Shown: one piece after another, positions 33,851 to 43,685 of the stretch | Numbering within the stretch: position 1 is the stretch's first letter | Layout of the letters: each line of letters begins with the position of its first letter | Assembly: GCF_001194135.2 (NCBI RefSeq) | Contig: NC_068990.1 | Location: 28,798 to 72,482, forward strand | DNA from: Octopus bimaculoides | Lineage: Eukaryota | Direction of reading: 5' to 3' | DNA: 43,685 bases | Notes under the pieces: model-generated | Databases searched by the model: none | Told to the model about the DNA's origin: nothing | What the model saw: only the letters and a program-made list of their open reading frames with translations | Program-made: the position numbers and the translations under genes

Positions 33851-34660
33851 CTATAAAAGGCAGATTTTCTCTGTGTGTGTATGTTTAAAATTCATACATT
33901 TACACAATTCCAAATTTCTTGGATTAAACAATTGCAATTAATATTCTAAATACAATCTGTTAGGTCACTGCGTCATTTTTTCACTCCAAAAAATTCCTAA
34001 TAACGAATATAATCCATAAAACTACACGAGTAAACATTTTCTCCCTAATAAAATCTAATTTCCTCTTTCTACTACAAATCCTTTCAACTCCTACTTTCTC
34101 TTATGAACCTTTACGAACAATCCAACAACAGATACAAAAAGAAAGGAAGGAGAAACACTGACAGTAAAAGAAAACTATTTNNNNNNNNNNNNNNNNNNNN
34201 NNNNNNNNNNNNNNNNNNNNNNNNNNNNNNNNNNNNNNNNNNNNNNNNNNNNNNNNNNNNNNNNNNNNNNNNNNNNNNNNNNNNNNNNNNNNNNNNNNNN
34301 NNNNNNNNNNNNNNNNNNNNNNNNNNNNNNNNNNNNNNNNNNNNNNNNNNNNNNNNNNNNNNNNNNNNNNNNNNNNNNNNNNNNNNNNNNNNNNNNNNNN
34401 NNNNNNNNNNNNNNNNNNNNNNNNNNNNNNNNNNNNNNNNNNNNNNNNNNNNNNNNNNNNNNNNNNNNNNNNNNNNNNNNNNNNNNNNNNNNNNNNNNNN
34501 NNNNNNNNNNNNNNNNNNNNNNNNNNNNNNNNNNNNNNNNNNNNNNNNNNNNNNNNNNNNNNNNNNNNNNNNNNNNNNNNNNNNNNNNNNNNNNNNNNNN
34601 NNNNNNNNNNNNNNNNNNNNNNNNNNNNNNNNNNNNNNNNNNNNNNNNNNNNNNNNNNNN

Positions 34661-35150
34661 GTGTGTGTGTTGCCCATATATATATACACTTAAGACTTAG
34701 TTGTGGGTTGGGACTTTCATCGGCAAAGGTCATTATTATTACGACCATATATATATACACACAGAATGCACATTAATACACACATACATACAAATACCTA
34801 TCATTCTTTTTTTATTTAGTGTGTGTGTGTGTTGCCCATCTTGATATATAATGCTGAAGTTCTGTATCTGTATGAAGCCTTTTTCAAAGTTTATAGAAAT
34901 CCACATTTTCCACTTTTTCGTCCTAACCCTAACACTGTAGGGAAAATCGTGCTGGTGTTAATCTGAAAATTTAACAATCTTTTTTGAAACACTTTTACTT
35001 ACTAACATTTTTTTATTTAGTGTGTGTGTGTTGCCCATATATATACATACACTTAAGACTTANNNNNNNNNNAACATTTTTTTATTTAGTGTGTGTGTGT
35101 TGCCCATATATATACATACACTTAAGACTTAGTTGTGGGTTGGGAGTTTG
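34661..35150. repeat. Local direct repeats (ttttatttagtgtgtgtgtgttgcccatatatatacatacacttaagactta...) in about four copies around N gaps
   Basis: Copies at ~34661, ~34808 (partial), ~35008 and ~35075. Partly a possible assembly duplication. Confidence 0.7.
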
Positions 35151-35249
35151 ATCGGCAGACGTCATTATTATTATTATTATTTTAATTTTTTCCCACAAGG
35201 GCGGCTTCGGGAAGGTGGTGAATAGTCGATTATATCGACCCCTATGTCC

Positions 35250-35385
35250 AGGGTTACAGTTTTTGGGTCAGGGTTTTAGGGTTACGGTTTTTGGGTCAGG
35301 GTTTTAGGGTTACGGTTAGGGTTAGGATGAGGGTTAGTGTTATGGTTACGGTTTTAGGGTCAGGGTTAGGGTTTAAGGATTACAG
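35250..35385 (+). repeat. Degenerate TTAGGG-like tract (interstitial telomere-like or Helentron-internal microsatellite)
   Basis: agggttacagtttttgggtcagggttttagg..., ggttagggttagg, tcagggttagggttt. The opposite-strand cctaaccctaac is at ~34922. Confidence 0.7.
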
Positions 35386-36101
35386 TTACATAATCGTGCG
35401 GGTGTTAATCTGAAAAATTACTGAAATGTGAAAACTACCGACCCTGCCAACTGTTATAACTTTTGTTGTTCTCTTTAATATGTACATAGATTATGCCTCC
35501 AAACAAGACAACTTGCTGGGAAAAGAAAGCAACCGGTTTAAAAAGACAGCAACAGACTGCATCAATTCAACACATTCCAGAAGCTACTTTGAACATAATG
35601 CAAAATGGTGCATCAACATCTACTGCCCAATCTGATACAATTCTGGCAGAACTGTGTAGCAACAGATCACCANNNNNNNNNNNNNNNNNNNNNNNNNNNN
35701 NNNNNNNNNNNNNNNNNNNNNNNNNNNNNNNNNNNNNNNNNNNNNNNNNNNNNNNNNNNNNNNNNNNNNNNNNNNNNNNNNNNNNNNNNNNNNNNNNNNN
35801 NNNNNNNNNNNNNNNNNNNNNNNNNNNNNNNNNNNNNNNNNNNNNNNNNNNNNNNNNNNNNNNNNNNNNNNNNNNNNNNNNNNNNNNNNNNNNNNNNNNN
35901 NNNNNNNNNNNNNNNNNNNNNNNNNNNNNNNNNNNNNNNNNNNNNNNNNNNNNNNNNNNNNNNNNNNNNNNNNNNNNNNNNNNNNNNNNNNNNNNNNNNN
36001 NNNNNNNNNNNNNNNNNNNNNNNNNNNNNNNNNNNNNNNNNNNNNNNNNNNNNNNNNNNNNNNNNNNNNNNNNNNNNNNNNNNNNNNNNNNNNNNNNNNN
36101 N

Positions 36102-36154
<53 letters not shown>

Positions 36155-36157
<3 letters not shown>

Positions 36158-36388
36158 TCTTTTACTTGTTTCAGTCATTTGACTGCAGCCATGCTGGAGC
36201 ACCATGTATACACATACATGTATATACATACAATGGGCTTTCTATCAACCAAATCCACTCACAAGGCTTTGGTCAGCCTAGGGTTATAGTAGAATACATT
36301 TGCCCAAGGCACCACACAGTGGGACTGAACCTGAAACTATGAGGTTGGGAAGCAAACTTCTTAACTACACAGCCACAACTGTGCCTGT
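36155..36388 (-). mobile_element. tRNA-derived SINE family A copy, internally deleted
   Basis: Head and tail match 31820-32216; the middle is missing. Confidence 0.75.
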
Positions 36389-36389
36389 A

Positions 36390-36590
36390 TAATGGTTTCA
36401 GATTTTTACACAAAGCCAACAATTTTAAAAGAAGGAGTAAGTAAACTACATCAACCCCCAGCATTCGACTGGTACTTATTTTATCAATCCCAAAAGGATG
36501 AAAGGCAACAATGAACTCGGCAGAATTTGAACACAGGCATAAAGCCAGAAGAAATGCTGTAACAATTCTAACAGTTTATTGCCTTACCTG
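36390..36590. mobile_element. SINE-like interspersed repeat (family C)
   Basis: ctggtacttattttatcaatccc-aaaggatgaaaggcaa...ggcagaatttgaac. A related fragment (gtcgattatatcgaccc) is at ~35225. Confidence 0.5.
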
Positions 36591-36745
36591 AATCTATATT
36601 AAAATTATATCTCATTCATGTTAAAATAGAAAGAAAAAAAAAGACACAAAACTAATAGCAAAAACAAAAAAGATAAAAGAGAAGAAAAAGAAAGGCAGGA
36701 TTCTTCAGTCATAAAATTTGCTAGAAATATTACAAGAGTAAATAC

Positions 36746-36802
36746 CTTCTAGAGTCTTTGCTTTCCGTCTTATTCTTCCACTTCGACGTACACCATCTGG
36801 AC
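36746..36802 (-). CDS. Host gene small exon (57 nt, phase 1-1): GPDGVRRSGRIRRKAKTLE
   Basis: Acceptor acttgtAG|GT at 36804-36803, donor GAAG|GTATTT at 36745. Splicing to 18360 reads RRSGRIRRKAKTLE-DYEILEISSEDE, a coherent basic-then-acidic motif. Confidence 0.8.
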
Positions 36803-36934
36803 CTACAAGTATTATTAACCCAGATATGAGATAACAAACACAGAAAAGCAACAGCAGCTACAACAAATCATGTACAACTACAGCAGCCATTACAACAACT
36901 ATTATGACACTATTAAGCATGATTGCTATTTCTT

Positions 36935-37251
36935 CCACAGAAGTGTAACTGGCACTCCATCGCTTACGACGTTGAGGGTTCCAGTTGATCTGATCAACAG
37001 AACAGCCTGCTCTTTGAAATTAACATGCAAGTGGCTGAACACTCCACAAACATGTACCTTTAATGTAGTTTTCAGAGAGATTCAGCATGATGCAGAATGT
37101 GACAAGGTTGGCCCTTTGAAATACAGATACATCTCATTTTTGTCAGATGAGTGGACTGGAGCAACGTGAAATAAAGTGTCTTGATGGGAATTGAACTCAT
37201 GACCTTACAATCATGAGCCGGATACTCTGACCACTAAGCTATGTGCCTTCA
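36935..37251 (-). mobile_element. tRNA-derived SINE family B
   Basis: tRNA-like head on the minus strand (rc of ggaattgaactcatgaccttac...accactaagct). Shares gcaacgtgaaataaagtg with 12215-12337. Confidence 0.7.
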
Positions 37252-37329
37252 TCCACAGAAGTGTGCTCAAGAGTAAAGCACAGAATAACTATGTCAGAGT
37301 CTAAATATCCCGGATGGCCAATTTCTGTG

Positions 37330-37608
37330 CGTGCATGTGTGCGTGCATGTGCCAATATGTATGTCTGTGTATGTGAATGTATTCGCTCGGATGGAGTGTG
37401 TGGATGAGATTGGTGTGTGTGTGTGCGTGTGCGCACATGAATGCATGCGTGTAAATATGAATATGTGTGCATGTTTCCATGTGTCTGTGTGTGTGTGTAT
37501 GAATGTATGCATGGGTGAATGTGAATGTGTGATTGAATGTATATCTGACATGCAAGTATGTGTGAATACATAAGCATGACAGTGATATGTTTGAACACAC
37601 TCATTAAA

Positions 37609-37650
<42 letters not shown>

Positions 37651-37815
37651 ATGTGAACATACATGCATGTAAATGTATATGCATGTGTATGTATGAAAAT
37701 GTATGTTTCAGTATGCATAAATATATGTTGAATGTGAAGTGCATGTAGGTGTTTATGTGTTCATACAAGTGTATGTGCATATGAGTGTGTACACACACAC
37801 ATGTGCATCCATGTT
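37330..37815. repeat. Compound degenerate (GT)n/(ATGT)n simple-repeat region
   Basis: Read directly from the sequence. Confidence 0.9.
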
Positions 37816-37853
37816 TGCACAGCTGAAGCAAAACAACTAACATAAGAACTAAC

Positions 37854-38144
37854 CTGTAGCAGACAATTCCAGGAGGCCCTCCGCAGCATTGGTCTGCTCT
37901 GTTTGGTCTGCCAACATCTCCTGGCTCATCAGTGGAATTTCTTTGATATCATCAACAGCTACTGACTGGTTTTGTTGTGAAGCTGTCCACTCTTGGCTGC
38001 CATTCAGGGATATCTTTGGCAGCAAAGTGTTTTCCGTTGTGCTGTCTGACATTAACAGGGGTAGTTCAGGAGACTCAGTAGCCTCAGCAGCAGCTGGTTC
38101 TTCAACACGAGGCTGTTTTCGAGGTCGGCCACGTTTTCTTCGGC
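37854..38144 (-). CDS. Host gene exon (291 nt, phase 1-1) with AT-hook 1 (GRRKRGRPRKQPR)
   Basis: Acceptor tttcAG|GC at 38146-38145, donor ACAG|GTTAG at 37853. Frame is open and continuous with both flanking exons. GRP core flanked by basic residues. Confidence 0.9.
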
Positions 38145-38611
38145 CTGAAAGTGGAAGAAGTATCCAAGATAAGCTCAGTAAGGCAGCTGTCCACTTATCT
38201 CCGGTCAATAATAAGCCTGTCCTTTTCTTTAATGGCAAAACAACTTAGGAGAATTCTTGATTCTTGAGATTATCTCTCCTTCCCACATGGGGCTGGTCTT
38301 AACTGCCATTTGCTAATAATGATACAACTACAAGTAAAGACAATTTCAATAAATCAGAAATTTATGTTCTATGGCATTTGATAAACCTGCATTTGCAATA
38401 TATTTAGCCAAGTTGGGAGACTGAGAAGAGAGCCTAATTTTGAGTATTTTTAATGTATAGTAAATGTGTCTTGAAGCTGGGGGATGAAACTAGGTTGACA
38501 TAGCAACACTGGAAGGTTGTGTTAAGAACCCTATTTATAGAGATAGTGCTAGTCTAGAGGAGTTAGTGGGCGCCTATGTTGTGTAAGGATAAGATTCTTG
38601 CTAGAACTTAC

Positions 38612-39426
38612 CTTCTGGTGGCAGCAAGGGATAAGCACACATCTGGCCTGTCTCAGAGTTTAACATCATCACACATTTTTTACCATTAATCACCACCTCT
38701 GTCCTGTCTGTAACAGCAATAGGACATGTGAGATCAGGTTTGCGACTCTGGGCTCCAGTAGTTGTAGTATCATCAGCAACATTATCAGCTGAAGGATAGG
38801 CTTCAGCCATCTGATTGCTTTGATCTTCAGAGAGATCTTGCTTGGTGGAACTAGCTGTACTGATAATATTTGTCAACCCCATTGGATTAAGAGTGACACC
38901 TGCATCTTCTGCTTTCACATCTCTGGAACCCACATTGCTGACGCCAACACCCGCAACTTCTGCACTCTCAGCTTCTTCACTAACAGGTTCTGCTGCCGCA
39001 ACCAGAGTAGTCTGCTGCGGCAGCTGAAGGTCTTCATTCGACTCGGCCACCTGGAGTATATCCATGGACGTGCTGTCTGACACAACAGTATTGACCACTT
39101 CTGAAATATTGGCTTCCCCATCCTCAGTTTGGACAGTGTAGTTCTGAAGGCTGTTACTGGCTGACTGCATAATGACCGGCATACCATCGGAGCCGGCCAC
39201 AATCAGTCGGTTATCGTCCACTTGAAGTGTGTCTTGCGTAAGAATATGATAGGTGCCAGGAGGTATTTGAAGAGTTCCATCCATGACTTGTTCTTGGAGA
39301 ATAATCTGTGCAGCATCCTCAAGACTTATTGTCACAGTTTCTGCTGATCCCATTTCCTGACTCATAGAGCCATCAACACGGATGATACGGTTGACTTGCT
39401 GACAATCCATTTCAACTGCAGCAAAT
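38612..39426 (-). CDS. Host gene, first exon seen in the window (815 nt). Likely start ATG at 39410 (MDCQQVNRII...). Acidic, Q/S/T/E-rich N-terminal region ending VVINGKKCVMMLNSETGQMCAYPLLPPEG
   Basis: Long non-repetitive open frame. Acceptor ttgtatcctttcAG at 39428-39427 with a (TC)n tract upstream. Donor GAAG|GTAAGT at 38611, phase 1. Frame joins the next exon. Confidence 0.9.
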
Positions 39427-39470
39427 CTGAAAGGATACAAATGACAAATGTATTGTATGTGTGTGTGTAT

Positions 39471-39472
<2 letters not shown>

Positions 39473-39520
<48 letters not shown>
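39473..39520. repeat. (GA)n microsatellite, read as (TC)n just upstream of the 39427 acceptor
   Basis: Read directly. A similar (GA)n at 13303-13339 lies just downstream of the 13367 donor. Confidence 0.95.
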
Positions 39521-39524
<4 letters not shown>

Positions 39525-39540
39525 GCAGGCAGGCAGAGAC

Positions 39541-39689
39541 ATAACTGTGTGGTTTAGAATTTCACTTTACAACCACATGGTTTCAGTTGAAGACCCTCTG
39601 TAGTACCATGGGTAAGGGTCTTCAACTATAGCCCCAGGCTGACCAGTTCTATATGAAAGAATTTGCTAGGAAGAAACTGTAGGAAGACC

Positions 39690-39725
<36 letters not shown>
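39541..39725 (+). mobile_element. Degenerate SINE family A head ending in (GT)n
   Basis: ctgtgtggtttag...aaccacatggtttcag...gggtaagggtcttcaactatagcccc. Confidence 0.65.
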
Positions 39726-39728
<3 letters not shown>

Positions 39729-40388
39729 GAGGATCCCTAGAGGTAGTAAATAGCTTCTATTACCTAGGTGACTAAATTAATAGTAAAGGAAGATGTTCTG
39801 GAAGTTTTCTTTCTAAGAATGAAAGGCAAGATTGTTTGAAACATGGGTCCTAAAGGCAGAGGACTTATAAAGAAATTTGATATGTGCCATTTATGCATAT
39901 AGATGGCCCATATCAAATTTATACGCATAAATAGCCCATATCAAATTTCAACACAACATTTGGAGAATATTTAGCCTAAAAACAATGCTATGTTCCTGTG
40001 TATTGACATCACTACAAACCCTAATGTTTTATGACTGTCCTTTTTCCAAATTTAGGCCATCCCATACTCCTACTTCTCTTCACCCCTTTGTAACCTGTCT
40101 TCCTCCTTTTCTCTATTCTACTTGCATCTTTCCATCTTTTCCTGCCTACCCCATGCACTCACCATTCCTTCAGTGTTCTGCTTTGTCATAGCCAGAAATG
40201 GTTCTGACAAAAGTAGCATTAATTCATTTAGGTCATTCAATTTTTCTCAGCTGATCAATAGACCAATTGAGTAAACCTATCAATAATGTACCTATAATGA
40301 CTACTGGAAACAGCTGTAAGTCAAATTTGCTCTAATAAAGGAAGAATATGTAATGACTATTATTTATAACTTACCTTAATATACATAC

Positions 40389-40423
<35 letters not shown>

Positions 40424-41439
40424 TACACATATATATATATACACAACACATATATACATACACAAACACACACACACATATACTTTATTCATGGGGTAAC
40501 CAGATTACCGTTGGTTTCATGTTGGGAGAAATATCTTTCAACGATTGGGACGTTGGTGTTTGTCTCTATCTTGGATAAAAACACAAAACAGTAGAATCGT
40601 GTGAGATCTCATGTGACTAAAGCTCGTGAGCTTATCATTATCATTTAATTGATGCCTCTTGTGCTTAAGTGTCTGTTGAGACCATGCAATGGAGGCTTGT
40701 GTTTGCATATTATCATCTCTATTCCTTTCCTATTCAATTATATCTTGAGCTTGTTGCTGATGCTTTGTGAGAGTCTTCTGACTCTGCTGCCCTACTGAAA
40801 TTCCTTACACGCATGCATACACACATTCACAACTACACATACACACACTCAGTATGAGCAATAGACATATGCAAAGAAAGGGAGAGAGTGTGGTAGGTAT
40901 ATATAGAAAGGGAGAACGTTTACAATAAGAAAAGCATGAAAGACAAAGAAAGACAGAAAGAAGGTATCTTTTCTGCTGCTGTCACAGATTTTGTCAACTA
41001 TGAGTCCACAACATTTTATAATGGAAATAGTTATAAGCTAATAAAGTTCACAAAATAATTGTTTATTCATTTGTTATCTCATTTTCCTTATATGTGCATA
41101 CACACAAACACACACACATAAGCACATCTATTATGAGCAGAAAACATGAAGTATGAAGTTGATATTCCTTTCTTTCATCTGTTACATATGTTTCAGGGTT
41201 TGGTAACTGATGATATCATATGTTATTTATAAATGCAATTTGCAAAGAACACTTCCCCATACCAAACACACCCTCAGACAATGCTGAAACTTATCTGAAC
41301 ACAGGTTCAGTATGATAAAATGCCCTTTGTAAGTTGCATTTATAAATCACTTAATAATCATCAATTATCAAACACAGAAACATTATGTAACAGAGGAAAT
41401 ATAAGAATACCAAATTCATGCTTCATGTTTTATCTTTTA

Positions 41440-41674
41440 GCTTTTTCTTGTTTCAGCCATTAAACTTTGGCCATGCTAGGATACCTTGAAGAATGTTTAG
41501 TTAGATGAATTGACCCCAGCAGTTTTTCTTTTCAGCTTTGTATTTATTCTATCAGTTTGTTTTACTGAACTAAGTTATGGGGATGTAAGCACACCAACAC
41601 CAGTGGTCAGGTGGTGGTGAAGGACAAAAACACAGACAAGACACACACATAAATAAATAGACAGATAGATAGAC

Positions 41675-41751
<77 letters not shown>

Positions 41752-41895
41752 TGCATTCTTTCCATTTCCATCTACCAAATCCATTCACAAGGCTTTGGTC
41801 AGCCCAAGACTATAATAGAAGACATTTTCCCAAAGTGCCATGCATTTGGACTGAACCCAGAACCATGTGATTGGGAAGCAAACTTCTCACCACAC
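41440..41895 (-). mobile_element. tRNA-derived SINE family A copy with an internal (GATA)n expansion (41657-41750)
   Basis: Colinear with 31820-32216. Confidence 0.8.
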
Positions 41896-42332
41896 AACCA
41901 CACCATGTTTTCCTCTCATTATAGATGCAATCTTTGTATCACATTACAGCACTATACATGACACACAACTCTATTGGATCATGCAGCAGAGGGAGTTTGA
42001 TACGAATACTATTAGGAGGTGCAACCAAAACAGTAATTTTATCATGCACCTAATTTATCTGTTTCCACTCATATATATACATACATACATATACACACAC
42101 ACACATATAAGTCGCACTCATGCCAGCATGGAAAGCAGATGGTAAATGATGATATATATATATATATATATATCAATTCTGGAACATCATTGTCACCACA
42201 TAAACCTGATGATTGCATAATGTATGAAAGTACTAATTTATTTCAATATTGTAAGATTGTAAAAATTGTAAATAATAAAATGTGAAAATCAGACTAGGAT
42301 GGATATATCCTTCTCTACACAATCATACAAAT

Positions 42333-42363
<31 letters not shown>

Positions 42364-42635
42364 TTTCATTCATATGCATTAACTTCAGCATTAGAGTAGT
42401 TTAGCTCTTATTTCTAGCAAGTTTGGTGTTTTTAACACCCTAGTCACATTTAGTGATATTTGTAATTCTCCTTTTTGGTGAAACATTGCAAACTGCTGTT
42501 TACATTAACTTTATGTATACACATTAGCAAATCACTGAACCATCCAATAATTTGGATGATGAAAACACGAATACTAATGGTGAAGTGAGTCCAGAAAGAG
42601 CCAAACAATCGAGTGGTCTTAACTGATGAAGCAAC

Positions 42636-43347
42636 AGAATCTTTTCTGCTTGGCTGCCACTTTTTAATTTCTTCAATTTTTGTTCCAACTGATTTCATAT
42701 TTGGTGCAATGATGTAGTTTTGTATGGTAATCATTAACATGAAATTCATTTCCACCATAAATCAATAAATTAAGAGTTAATAGCTTTAAAAGTTTGTAAA
42801 TTCTGAGTAATTTTAGTCAATCAAAAGCCACAGACATATAGGTACCTATTCCATAGTAACAAGCCAAGTTACCAAGCCACTTACCCACATGGTCATTTTT
42901 TCATTTACTAAATGCTGAAAATACATGAGGTATGAGGTGTGCTAAAAGTAATAGCTAAATAGGCCTTAAATCATGCACCAATTTTTTTTTTTTTTCTTGT
43001 TGGCTTTTGTAGAATTGTATGAATTCTTGTGTGTAGAATATAAATTGACAAAATTTTCTGAAAATTCCAAAAACTTTAAAAAGTTATGAGGAGTTATATG
43101 GCATGCATAAAGCAGAATTCCAACAATATTTCATTTGTTAACAGTTAACAACACATGCTGTCATGTACTAAATAGCAGTTTCCAAGTCCTGTTTTCTGAC
43201 TGGGTACAAATTATCAAACTTTAAACCTCTAACTTTTTTTTTTAATTTTCTGGAAAAAGTGAATTAGCCCAAGATTCAGCATGGAAAATTAGATCAATAC
43301 ATCAAATTTTGAAATCTCTACAGGTGCAGCCAAACAGAAAAGATCTG
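42636..43347 (-). mobile_element. Second, more diverged copy of the 12.4-13.3 kb MITE family, with a single repeat unit
   Basis: Its reverse complement aligns by eye with 12369-12570 and 12845-13265. One unit at 42771-42790. Confidence 0.7.
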
Positions 43348-43485
43348 TTAACTGTATTTCATTTAATTATTTAAATAAGTGTAATATTTGTTCAATTTGT
43401 AATATGACCACCCTTGGATCAGGAAAGTCAGTAATACGAATGGTTTTGGAACCAAAGGTTTCAGAAAACCAATGTTGTACCTGCA

Positions 43486-43685
43486 TCATCATCATCATCA
43501 TCGTTTAACGTCCGCTTTCCATGCTAGCATGGGTTGGACGATTTGACTGAGGACTGGTGAAACCGGATGGCAACACCAGGCTCCAATCTAATTTGGCAGA
43601 GTTTCTACAGCTGGATGCCCTTCCTAACGCCAACCACTCAGAGAGTGTAGTGGGTGCTTTTACGTGTCACCCGCACGAAAACGGC
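43486..43685 (-). mobile_element. RTE 3' end, running off the right edge of the window
   Basis: (CAT)n + cgtttaacgtccgctttccatgctagcatgggttggacg, matching the other copies. Confidence 0.9.

Noticed and set aside
37239-37843. His/Thr-rich, Ile/Tyr-rich, IYLS and poly-D/M ORFs (also 41570-41788, 13723-13911, 30644-30911)
   Set aside because: Translations of microsatellites.

Overview
This is repeat-dense, AT-rich animal genomic DNA with five N gaps. The repeat families (RTE LINEs with (GAT)n tails, tRNA-derived SINEs, DD37D mariner, abundant TA/GA/GT microsatellites) look like a coleoid cephalopod, probably Octopus; that assignment is pattern recognition, not a database result. One host gene crosses the window on the minus strand. 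Eight GT-AG exons join in one consistent frame (39426-38612, 38144-37854, 36802-36746, 18360-18220, 15713-15586, 13593-13368, 10281-10180, 4778-4644). They give about 626 aa of an acidic, low-complexity nuclear-type protein with two AT-hooks and a Q13 tract, and the gene continues past the left edge. The introns are stacked, partly nested transposons: three long RTE LINE copies plus many 5'-truncated tails, a second BovB-like RTE, a Penelope-like element, an internally deleted Gypsy (Mag-like) LTR element with both LTRs, PBS, PPT and a 5-bp TSD, a solo LTR, a split mariner, a Helentron-type HINE, several MITEs and SINEs. The strongest lead is a complete C4HC3 PHD-finger pattern inside the reverse transcriptase region of the dominant RTE family's ORF2, a possible chromatin reader built into a LINE enzyme. 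Other leads are inverted RTE tails bracketing a single in-frame host exon, a perfect 21-bp array inside one MITE copy only, a two-hairpin 66-bp array in the RTE 3' UTR, and repeated insertion into (TA)n tracts.
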